A stretch of DNA of 41,249 nt from Bacteroidia bacterium (lineage in GTDB: Bacteria > Bacteroidota > Bacteroidia > Bacteroidales > BM520), in the NCBI GenBank assembly GCA_009930445.1, contig RZYD01000002.1, positions 1 to 41,249 on the forward strand. Reading direction: 5' to 3'. Shown piece by piece: positions 1-8,559 of the stretch. The stretch's first letter is position 1, and each line of letters begins with the position of its first letter. The notes beneath the pieces were generated by a model. That model worked only from the letters and a program-made list of their open reading frames with translations. It had not been told where the DNA came from and did not search any database. The position numbers and the translations under genes were made by a program.

Positions 1-2350
1 TCATACTATCGTAAAGAACTTCAATAGCCTGAAATGCAGGTTTTCGACCCATAAAAGGAATATTAAGGGAAAAACCTGATTCATAATAAGTAGAATCCAC
101 CGAATATTTGAGCAGTCTGGGTTCCCTGAACCGATAAATACTGCCGTCCAATTCAATTTTTCGGTTTCGTTCGTTAATAAAATTCTGAACAATCTGCACC
201 ATTTCCTTTGCGTCAGCCGTGTCGCGGGAGTCGAGGAACAGGGTTAGTGAGTTCGTGTTTTGGGGTGAAAACGGCCGGTTTGTTTCCGTGATGGGCTTCA
301 CGAGATTGGCATGCAAAAAATCAGTGATAAGGAAAGAAATTTCATCATCAAGATCTCCGGGAAGGCGCTTTAATACCGTTCTCACCGGAACAGGAATATC
401 AGCAGAAGTGTTGTCCCCGTCGACTATATGTACCGCAACAAATTTTGTATCCAACGGATACCCCAGATCCGTCAGCATTTTTTGGGAAACAATCAAACCA
501 TAGTCCTGAGATGACCGAAAACCACTGATTTCACCTTTAATAACATTCGAAGGCTTAAGCAGTACCGACAAAAGTGGGTCTTCAATACTAATGGTACGGC
601 CTGTAATCAGGGGAAGGTCATATTTATCCTGCTGGACAAATTCAAGCGGGAAAATAGTAAATCCAGTAGCTTTATTCACTCCATATTTATCCAATGTTTC
701 GCGGTCGTCGTTCAATGCGTCGATAAGCACATCCACATCTGCCTGATAATCAGCAGGAACCGCCACATTAATAAAATTCACAAAAGGATCCTGCATTTTT
801 CTTCCGAGGTAAATCAGGCTGCCGTTGGCAAAACCAATCGCCATAAAAGTGACCAGCATAATCACAAAAACCGTCCAAAAATTCCGTAATCGGCTGTGAT
901 AACCCAAAAGTTCTATGCTTTCCTTTTCATAAAATAATTTAGTAAACTGCGGATTAAGTCCGGTACGGTCGGGAAGCCTACGCGTAAGCCAGAGAAAGAA
1001 AAAATACAGATAATCCTTCAGCCCTTTTCCTTCCTCCACGTATTCATAATCAGCAATTTTACTCCGAAAGGCGGCATCTTTGTCATCCACCGCGTGGTTT
1101 TTATCCACGGCCAATAATTTTTCGATATACTTCATGACCTGACGATCCGTGTAAGTATCTTTCGATTTTTTGCCAAAAGGAGTATTCCAGTTATGGCAAT
1201 TGGATTTAGTTTTTACCGAATCGGCAGAAGTTTCCTCTTTTTCGCCCGGTTCGGTTATTTTATGTGACAAAAGGTCGGTCAGATAGGCGATAAAATCAGC
1301 ATCAAAGAGCAGAGTATCGTCAGGTGTTCGCTCCAGTTCTTCAAGAAGTGCAGAAAGATAATCATTAACAGTAATATACTTTCTGTAGAAAAAACTACCT
1401 TCAGAATTCTGTCGCTGACGATAAAGCGCCTTCATTATTTTTGTGCGCAGAGCAATCATTTGTTCCTCAGCATCGCTATTCTTTATGAAAAGCCCACGGA
1501 TAGCCGATTTAAAATCATACGCCTGCGTTTGTTGGACTTCCTCTTCTGTATTCACAAAAATATGCTCCGGATGGATTGTCCCCTTTCCGTCGAGTTTAGT
1601 GATTACAACAATACGGTCGGCATACCTGACTGCCAGTTCAAGATCGTGGGAAACAATTACTGTGCTGGTGCTATCGTTTCCCGATTGGGTTGATTTTATA
1701 TAATCGTGCAGGATTCCCATCACCTCATAAGAGGTTTTCCGGTCGAGATTTCCGGTGGGTTCATCACCAAAAAGCACGCGATATTCCGGGATAAGTGCAC
1801 GGGCAAAAGCAATACGCTGACGTTGACCTCCACTCACATTCTGGGGACTAATAGTAATATCCAGATCGCCCAGACCCAGCGTTTTAAAAATCAGCAGAGC
1901 CTTCATATAGGCCTCCTCAAAGCAGTGGCCATTCAGCATATCGGTGATGCAGACATTTTCCAGGGCGGAAAAATTCGGCATCAGGTTAGTATTCTGAAAA
2001 ATGAAACTGTAATTGTCTTTACGAATGGTTTCACGTAAAGCCATATTTTCATCGGTGTCATCCCAAATATTGGGGTTGGTGATACTAATCCGTTCTATTT
2101 CACCTGTTTTGCTATTATAAAGGTTAAAATAAATCCGCATCGCCTCCTTATTCATATCGGAGGGAAATGTATCGTTCATCAATCCTATGGTTTCCAACAT
2201 CGTACTTTTACCGGCACCGGAAACACCTACGATAAAGGTTATTTCGCCCGGCCTGATATTCAAATTATCGATGGCCAGGACTTTACGCTCATTATTTGAT
2301 CCTGTGGCTTTATAGGCAAATGAGGAGTTTATTATTTCAATTACACTCAT
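1..2350 (-). CDS. MacB-like ABC transporter, an N-terminal ATPase fused to an FtsX-type permease. The 3' end is truncated by the window edge.
   Basis: This gene is not in the ORF track because it has no in-window stop. My reverse-complement translation from the ATG at 2350 is open all the way to position 2. It begins 'MSVIEIINSSFAYKA...' and shows Walker A 'GVSGAGKST', the ABC signature 'VSGGQRQRIAFARAL' and Walker B 'LFGDEPTGNLD'. About 230 aa further on there is a hydrophobic helix, 'NFWTVFVIMLVTFMAIGFANGSLIYL', followed by a long soluble (periplasmic-like) region. It starts 33 nt downstream of the vWA gene on the same strand. Confidence 0.85.
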   Translation of the reverse strand, partial: MSVIEIINSSFAYKATGSNNERKVLAIDNLNIRPGEITFIVGVSGAGKSTMLETIGLMNDTFPSDMNKEAMRIYFNLYNSKTGEIERISITNPNIWDDTDENMALRETIRKDNYSFIFQNTNLMPNFSALENVCITDMLNGHCFEEAYMKALLIFKTLGLGDLDITISPQNVSGGQRQRIAFARALIPEYRVLFGDEPTGNLDRKTSYEVMGILHDYIKSTQSGNDSTSTVIVSHDLELAVRYADRIVVITKLDGKGTIHPEHIFVNTEEEVQQTQAYDFKSAIRGLFIKNSDAEEQMIALRTKIMKALYRQRQNSEGSFFYRKYITVNDYLSALLEELERTPDDTLLFDADFIAYLTDLLSHKITEPGEKEETSADSVKTKSNCHNWNTPFGKKSKDTYTDRQVMKYIEKLLAVDKNHAVDDKDAAFRSKIADYEYVEEGKGLKDYLYFFFLWLTRRLPDRTGLNPQFTKLFYEKESIELLGYHSRLRNFWTVFVIMLVTFMAIGFANGSLIYLGRKMQDPFVNFINVAVPADYQADVDVLIDALNDDRETLDKYGVNKATGFTIFPLEFVQQDKYDLPLITGRTISIEDPLLSVLLKPSNVIKGEISGFRSSQDYGLIVSQKMLTDLGYPLDTKFVAVHIVDGDNTSADIPVPVRTVLKRLPGDLDDEISFLITDFLHANLVKPITETNRPFSPQNTNSLTLFLDSRDTADAKEMVQIVQNFINERNRKIELDGSIYRFREPRLLKYSVDSTYYESGFSLNIPFMGRKPAFQAIEVLYDSM

Positions 2351-2383
2351 TAGAATAGAAGTAAAAAAGTTATATAAAAAAAG

Positions 2384-4888
2384 TTATCTCATGAACGGAA
2401 ATTTATCAATAGGGATCCAATAAGCAGTAAAAGTTTTGAATGCACGTGTTCCGTAAGTCTCGTATGTTACACCCTCGAGCGCAGTACGAGCTGAACGTAC
2501 ACCCCGGTAAATCACCCGAAGTTCTTCAACTGAGCATCGGTCTTCGAGCTCCACATCACGGATACGCATATTTAATACATTGGCATAATTGGAAGAAAAA
2601 CGTATTCCGGGGCAGTCGATAATCTGCTCAAAAAGGCTTCCAATCTGCATATTATCCAAGTCACCTTCACTATCGCCGGCATAGGTGCGGGCCAGATCAA
2701 TCAGGGTTGTATGGAGCAGAACGCGCTGCCGGCGGTTATCGGAGCCACCGGAGACAAACGCCCGTTCAACGCGACGCAGATCTCTGACCAGCTGAATTTT
2801 CGACGAAGAGGAGGCAAGCACATCAAAGGCCCACAACGAAAATTCTGAATTTACAGCTTTCAGCGGAGCATAGCCCTCAAAATACATCTGCACTTTCCCA
2901 CTGAGCATCCATTCCAGGTTCTGAGTAAATTCTTCGGAATCAGGAGAACAATTACAGATATCCTGAATCTGTTCAATAATATAGCTTAACCCCCGAAAAT
3001 CGGCTTCTGTAAGGTTTGTAATCTTATATTTTACCTTAATTTCTTCCCACGACTTTCCACCATACAAAAGATCGTAAAGCATGGAGAGCAAAACGGAAGT
3101 ATTTTCAGCCGACTTATCGATACTTTTAATAATATTTTGTGTAAGCACCGGGCCGCTCATATCGGAACCTGTATTATAGACAACTGTATTCGCAAGAATA
3201 TTTTTATTCAGTGACAGGGTTTTTGTAGAAGGATTATCTACCAGGGAGAGTTCGTCACGGATGGCACCGGGTTGCGATGTTAAATAAATGCTCCGAGCCG
3301 ATTCCTCTGCCAGAAAATGCATCTGATTTTTAAAATCATGGTAAGAAGAATCACCGGCAACGCCTGACTCTGCCGGGTCTTTATAATGCGTTTGATAGGC
3401 AATAAAATGGGCTTTCAGGCGGGTCATACTTTCCACAATCTCTTCTTCTGTAATGGTTGTCCAATCATCCTCCCGCTGATGGTCGCCGGCATCTCCAATC
3501 AATATTATCAAATTGTTTTGATCTTGTTTTTCGGCCAACACATCTTCGAGTGCGTTATAGAGTCCATAGTAAACCGCTTCACACACATCCCGGTCATTGG
3601 CGTTTTTAGCTGATGAAAAAACCGACCCCAGCCAGGAAGAAAGTTGTTGATAGTTCTGTGTCAGCGAGAAAGTCTCAAGTGCATAATCCTCCTCCGGGGC
3701 GTCGCGGTATACCACAGAACCCCAGTTTACAATTATCCGGTTCGGGTTGTCCGGATCAGAATAACGGGCGTTGGAGTTAATACGACTGGCACTTTGATTA
3801 ATCGCATCCACTACAGCCGGGAAATAGGGTCCCATGCTATAAGTGCCATCAATTACAAATACAACATTTAGGTTATTAATGGTGGAAGAAGTATAATCAT
3901 CACGGATCGACTCAATCAGTTTCATCATGGCGCGGCCTGATTCGTCCTTAATATCGCCAAGAACCCCAACCTTAATCACACCGGTTTCATCGGTGCGGCT
4001 TAAAAAAGGTAAACGAAATTTTGACGGATTCCAAGAGGTAGTCAAAAAGTCATCATCTTTCCATACAATGGGATTATTTTGCTGGCGGCGAGCCTGTTCA
4101 CTCAGGACCGAATAAGTCGTATTTTCTTTATAGCGATTAGCCCACTGCAGGTCATCAAACAAAGTTGCCGGCGCATTTTTGCTTTTTCGGATCTGTGCAG
4201 CCGATTCGTTGTAGTTTGGCTGAAGACAGCCACGGCTATCCCATGCAGTCAAATATTTTTTATGAATCCACCCAAAAATCTGTTCTTTAAAATAAGCCTC
4301 GACATCGGTAGAGCAGTCTTCCCGTTGTCCAAGTAAAACCGTACTATCGGTTTCCTTATAAACATAACAAATCGTATACACATTGATACTTTCTCCTTCT
4401 GAAAAAGGGATTGTCAGGCCGGGATCCTTAAAAAACTGTCGGGAGGTGTTTTCTTTTTCAAGGTTTTCGAGCGTGTTAATAATCATAGCTTTTTTTGCCA
4501 CACGATTTGCTTTACGAATACAGCGGGACAGAAGTGCCAGGTTTTCTTTTTTCATCCATCCCACAACGTTAGCCGGGTTGTCGGGATGCACAACTTTAAC
4601 AAAATCATTTGTTTCTTCCTGAACCTTAAACATTTGCAAAAAATTCGCCCGGGAAGAAATCCCGGAAGAGGCAGTAGAACCTGAATATACCGGATTGCGA
4701 TCCCGATCAGAAAAAACATACCATTCGGTTCCACCCCGTGGATAATGCGTTTTACCCAAAATAGCCGCAGGATTCAAAATACTGTCAACAGAGGGGGTTC
4801 GTATCAAATCCTGAGCCGCCAGGTCAGGTGAAAAATAACAGGAGGCTATAAAAAGCATTCCTAACATCATTACATTAATCCTTCTCAT
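2384..4888 (-). CDS. Secreted or lipidated protein with two SH3b-like modules, a von Willebrand factor A domain and an uncharacterised C-terminal region of about 330 aa
   Basis: The ORF is 834 aa. The N-terminus 'MRRINVMMLGMLFIASCYF' is a signal peptide with a possible lipobox, IASC. Two modules end in 'VVGWMKKENL' and 'IFGWIHKKYL', which is SH3b-like. A vWA core is present with 'NVVFVIDGTYSMGPYF' (a MIDAS-like DxTxS at nt 3836-3850) and 'LIILIGDAGDH'. Confidence 0.75.
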   Translation of the reverse strand: MRRINVMMLGMLFIASCYFSPDLAAQDLIRTPSVDSILNPAAILGKTHYPRGGTEWYVFSDRDRNPVYSGSTASSGISSRANFLQMFKVQEETNDFVKVVHPDNPANVVGWMKKENLALLSRCIRKANRVAKKAMIINTLENLEKENTSRQFFKDPGLTIPFSEGESINVYTICYVYKETDSTVLLGQREDCSTDVEAYFKEQIFGWIHKKYLTAWDSRGCLQPNYNESAAQIRKSKNAPATLFDDLQWANRYKENTTYSVLSEQARRQQNNPIVWKDDDFLTTSWNPSKFRLPFLSRTDETGVIKVGVLGDIKDESGRAMMKLIESIRDDYTSSTINNLNVVFVIDGTYSMGPYFPAVVDAINQSASRINSNARYSDPDNPNRIIVNWGSVVYRDAPEEDYALETFSLTQNYQQLSSWLGSVFSSAKNANDRDVCEAVYYGLYNALEDVLAEKQDQNNLIILIGDAGDHQREDDWTTITEEEIVESMTRLKAHFIAYQTHYKDPAESGVAGDSSYHDFKNQMHFLAEESARSIYLTSQPGAIRDELSLVDNPSTKTLSLNKNILANTVVYNTGSDMSGPVLTQNIIKSIDKSAENTSVLLSMLYDLLYGGKSWEEIKVKYKITNLTEADFRGLSYIIEQIQDICNCSPDSEEFTQNLEWMLSGKVQMYFEGYAPLKAVNSEFSLWAFDVLASSSSKIQLVRDLRRVERAFVSGGSDNRRQRVLLHTTLIDLARTYAGDSEGDLDNMQIGSLFEQIIDCPGIRFSSNYANVLNMRIRDVELEDRCSVEELRVIYRGVRSARTALEGVTYETYGTRAFKTFTAYWIPIDKFPFMR

Positions 4889-4909
4889 ACGCGTTGTATA
4901 AATTCTATT

Positions 4910-7360
4910 TTAATACAAAACAATCTGATTATTACACTCATTTACAGGGATACCTTTCCCCATCGATATTTCTTTATACTGATCAGCACGCAAATGAACA
5001 AAAACATTATACTGTTTATTTGCCACAGGTACATCCAGGCAATATGTGTTGGTTAAACTTAAAATAAGATCCTGAATAATCGAATTATCTGAACTCTCAA
5101 CATAGCCCGGGATTCGATAGTAAGTGGCATCCACCGGAAGGAAATAGAAATTAACATAACGACGGGCAGCATTCATACGCTGATCGATGGAGAAGGATTC
5201 ACCCATAACCTTCTGCAGGTTGTGAATATCCTCTTCAAAATCCTCAATGGCCGAATTATACTTATTAGTCACCTCGCCGACAAATTCATCAAATTCTGTG
5301 GCATCAAATATTTTAAATTGCAGTTGCTGACTACCCAAAACCTCAAAATTACAGAAAACAACCGGCCTGTTAATTTCTGTGCTAATGTAAATAAGAATTT
5401 CTTCGTTCTCGAAGCGCGCTTTCCGGTAAATCTTTCGTAATTCGTTTACCAGATCCTTCCGTGATTTTGCATCATCGCGTCCCTTTAGTGTTACATAAAC
5501 GAAATTAAAAGGAGGCAGCTTTTCAACCGCCAGATTCAATTGCTGGTTTTCGATACAACCGCTGGAGGCCAGTATCGTATCCAGGGGCAAGTGTAACTGG
5601 TTATTGTTAACATCATTATACTTCTCACAATCAACAAATTGCACCTCTACACCGAAAGGTTTACGGATACTAAGCTCGCCACTTGCCCGCATCAATGGGT
5701 CGGAAGGTACTTTTACCTTCATCCGTTTGCTTCGGCCGGCGGTAATACGAATTTTTTCAGGCCGGGTCATCCACTCGCCGGTAAGCTCAACACGCAGTTT
5801 TTGACGAAATGTTGAAGAGGTAGCCAGAGTAAAGGCTGCTTTTTGCTTCGAACCCCGGTATTTGACCGACGACTTTGTGGGTTTGTACAATTCGGTTTTA
5901 TTAAGTTTCGGATAGGGATAATACGCATTTTTGGGTGGTTTTATGTTAAAAACCAACCCGCCCTGAATGCCTATACTCCGATGAGTCACCTGATTATTTG
6001 TTAAAAAATTCGTAGATTCCCCAACTTCTGATGAGAGCAACAAATTATCATCCGGGGAATTAACTGCTGTCAGACTAAAATTCAGCACCGGACCAAGATA
6101 TAGCTCAATAGAAGGAGTTACAGGATAATAAAGATTTATCGCAGTGAAAGCACTAAAGTTGAAATCATTATATTCAGAATGCAGATCACCTGCCTGAAAA
6201 GTAGTATCCTGAAAGAAACCATATTCTGGCAAATCATCCACAATTAAGTACGAAGTATCACTGATCGCGTTGTTCCAGAAAGCATATTTTCCGGTATAGC
6301 TGTAAGTTCCATAATTATCGGCGACAAGGGATGAAGTAAGAAAATTTAGTTTCACGCCAACAGCAATTCCAAGACGGAAATTTCGCTTCACAGGGTAACG
6401 TTTTCGGGCCTCATGGACACGCTTTGCCAAAGGCTTCCATTTTTGACCAAAGGCATAGTTAAAATGCAGGCCCAGAGGTATCGAAATTAAATTTATCGCA
6501 TACTCCTGCTGCACATTGCTGGCGTTGATAAAACGCTGATAGGAATAACCATCCCTGTCGGTGGCTTGTATTTTCCAGAAATAGGAATCAAGAAGCAAGC
6601 TGCTTTTCTGCCCCTGATACTCAACACCGGCCAATACACCGGCTTTCCACTGGTGATGTCCCATCACATCCCATTTCATCAGCAATCCGGTGCTTTTCAC
6701 CGTTCCTACACCGGAAGAAAAAGCGCCATAACTTTCCGGTGAATTGGTAACTTTCATGGTATTGGAACCTATAGCGCCCTGAATGGCAACGGATTGAGGC
6801 ACCATGCGGTTAACCCATTGGCCCGGAGCAAGAGCACTTCGCGATTCTTCAATCATTAGAATACGATACGAATCGCCATCATAAAGCACCGATAGTTTCA
6901 AGCGAGTAAACGGGTCAAAATGAATACGGGGGGGGGAATCCATCCCAAAGTCAATGTCCAGAAATTTTTCTACCTCAATTTCATAGAGAATGCTTTCATT
7001 TCTATGCACAACTTTTAATAAATGAGGGCTGTAAACAAATGTGCGAAGCCCTTGAGGATACTGCTCGGCAATTATATCGCAATACGCTTGCACCGTAACG
7101 TACTCGGGGCTTCCCGGGTAATGATACACATCATTAAAAACCATAACATCGGGAGATGCGAATGATTCCATGAACCGGTCGATAACACGTTCATCAATCC
7201 GGTTAACCATTAAATCCGGGTCATATTTCCCAAGGGAACTCGATTCACTGAATGTAATAAGAAAATTACGTAAACCGGGGGGTAATTCCTGACTAAAAGC
7301 CTTCCCAACGGGGAATAATAAAAAAGTCAGGACAGCGATCCTGGATAAAATATCTTTCAT
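4910..7360 (-). CDS. Outer-membrane beta-barrel protein with an N-terminal globular domain and a C-terminal domain of about 300 aa of unknown function
   Basis: The track ORF runs 4910-7399. I moved the start to the internal ATG at 7360 ('MKDILSRIAVLTFLLFPVGKAFSQ' is a clean signal peptide), which also removes the overlap with the upstream gene. The middle region has alternating-hydrophobic, aromatic-rich strands typical of OM barrels, such as 'GVLAGVEYQG', 'LGLHFNYAF', 'LGIAVGVKLNF' and 'IGIQGGLVFNI'. Confidence 0.65.
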   Translation of the reverse strand: MKDILSRIAVLTFLLFPVGKAFSQELPPGLRNFLITFSESSSLGKYDPDLMVNRIDERVIDRFMESFASPDVMVFNDVYHYPGSPEYVTVQAYCDIIAEQYPQGLRTFVYSPHLLKVVHRNESILYEIEVEKFLDIDFGMDSPPRIHFDPFTRLKLSVLYDGDSYRILMIEESRSALAPGQWVNRMVPQSVAIQGAIGSNTMKVTNSPESYGAFSSGVGTVKSTGLLMKWDVMGHHQWKAGVLAGVEYQGQKSSLLLDSYFWKIQATDRDGYSYQRFINASNVQQEYAINLISIPLGLHFNYAFGQKWKPLAKRVHEARKRYPVKRNFRLGIAVGVKLNFLTSSLVADNYGTYSYTGKYAFWNNAISDTSYLIVDDLPEYGFFQDTTFQAGDLHSEYNDFNFSAFTAINLYYPVTPSIELYLGPVLNFSLTAVNSPDDNLLLSSEVGESTNFLTNNQVTHRSIGIQGGLVFNIKPPKNAYYPYPKLNKTELYKPTKSSVKYRGSKQKAAFTLATSSTFRQKLRVELTGEWMTRPEKIRITAGRSKRMKVKVPSDPLMRASGELSIRKPFGVEVQFVDCEKYNDVNNNQLHLPLDTILASSGCIENQQLNLAVEKLPPFNFVYVTLKGRDDAKSRKDLVNELRKIYRKARFENEEILIYISTEINRPVVFCNFEVLGSQQLQFKIFDATEFDEFVGEVTNKYNSAIEDFEEDIHNLQKVMGESFSIDQRMNAARRYVNFYFLPVDATYYRIPGYVESSDNSIIQDLILSLTNTYCLDVPVANKQYNVFVHLRADQYKEISMGKGIPVNECNNQIVLY
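6928..6936 (-). repeat. G9 homopolymer (C9 on the coding strand) inside the 4910-7360 CDS
   Basis: Counted directly: 'tacggg ggggggaatc'. It encodes the residues S-P-P-R of 'GMDSPPRIHF', about codon 142. Confidence 0.95.
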
Positions 7361-7376
7361 ATGTTTCGCATTAATA

Positions 7377-8540
7377 CTAATCATCACTATCTTTTTCATC
7401 TGTTTGCAGATAAAACAAAGAGGAACAGTTGTTTTCTGCTGTATTAATTACTTCCACACCATATTCAAACAATTCGGTATTTACCGGATGGTCGAGAAGG
7501 ATAAAATTTTGTGTTGTAGCGGCTTTCCAAACGGTGTCGGCAGGTTGGTTTTTTACGGTAACAGCCCAATGGTAAGCCATGTTCTCTGATTGTCCAACCA
7601 GACATACTAACATCCGGCTATCGTTTGGTTTTTGTATTAATGAACCCTTATCGGGTGATTTGTAAGTTAATACAAGAAACGAACGCGATGTAGAGGCACT
7701 GCAACCATTTTCATCTGTAACGGTTAAGTTGATTTCGAGTTGCCGTGGAGTGAAAGTCTGTCCACAATCAAGAAGGACTTCATAGCTATTACCGGATGCG
7801 AAGGCACATAAAGCATTTTCTGGTTGAGCCACACTCCATTCATACGCCGCGTAATTACCCCCGGAAAAAAACTTCACATTGCGTTGAAAAGAACAGGCAA
7901 TTTCTTCGCCTTCGATCCAGGGTTCAGGTACATTAAGGATCTCCACCTGCTGATGGCTGGAGGCAAGACATCCATTTTCATCCACACCACTCAGTTCTAC
8001 GCGGTAATTCCCCGGTGCACAATAAAAATGGGAAGCATTTTCATACACCGATGAATCCGGGCAGGCTGCATCACCGAAGCTCCAGTGCCATGACTTAAAA
8101 AGATCCGCATTTTCAGAAATGTTGGTAAAATGCGTAGCCTCACCAAAACATTGTCCGGAATAAATAAAACTAACCGGATGTTGGGCATTCACTTCGAGCA
8201 AAGCAGCCTGGCTAATGAACACATGGCTGCCAATATGAACCTCACAACGGTATTGATTTCCGGTATATGAAATTGGGATTGAAAAAATCCGTAACATATT
8301 GCCATTGACCAGATACTGGCTCCCTGTTGTTAGTTGCATCCAACCGGATCCGGAGTTTTCAAACCAGTAGTACGACATCGGCAGCTGGTTAAATTCTGTT
8401 GTATCGGTTTCTACCCTAAAGCTATGGCTGGCATTTTCGCAAACGGTGGCAGGTTCCGGCTGGATGGAAAAAACCAATTGTTGTGCTTCAGCACCGATTA
8501 TGAACATCATTATTCCCAATAAAATAATATATTTTTTCAT
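7377..8540 (-). CDS. Secreted Ig-like/PKD-domain protein
   Basis: The ORF is 387 aa with the signal peptide 'MKKYIILLGIMMFIIGAEAQ'. It carries the PKD signature 'WHWSFGDAACPDSSVYENASHFYCAPGNYRVELSGVDENGC'. Cys-framed beta-sandwich-like modules resemble those in the 581-aa neighbour. There is no T9SS tail. Confidence 0.7.
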   Translation of the reverse strand: MKKYIILLGIMMFIIGAEAQQLVFSIQPEPATVCENASHSFRVETDTTEFNQLPMSYYWFENSGSGWMQLTTGSQYLVNGNMLRIFSIPISYTGNQYRCEVHIGSHVFISQAALLEVNAQHPVSFIYSGQCFGEATHFTNISENADLFKSWHWSFGDAACPDSSVYENASHFYCAPGNYRVELSGVDENGCLASSHQQVEILNVPEPWIEGEEIACSFQRNVKFFSGGNYAAYEWSVAQPENALCAFASGNSYEVLLDCGQTFTPRQLEINLTVTDENGCSASTSRSFLVLTYKSPDKGSLIQKPNDSRMLVCLVGQSENMAYHWAVTVKNQPADTVWKAATTQNFILLDHPVNTELFEYGVEVINTAENNCSSLFYLQTDEKDSDD

Positions 8541-8559
8541 CCGTCAATAGTATCAAAGG

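Noticed and set aside
7361-7399. A 13-codon N-terminal extension of the 829-aa ORF that overlaps the stop of the upstream gene
   Set aside because: The internal ATG at 7360 gives a textbook signal peptide and removes the 23-nt overlap. The extension 'MKKIVMISINAKH' is not needed.
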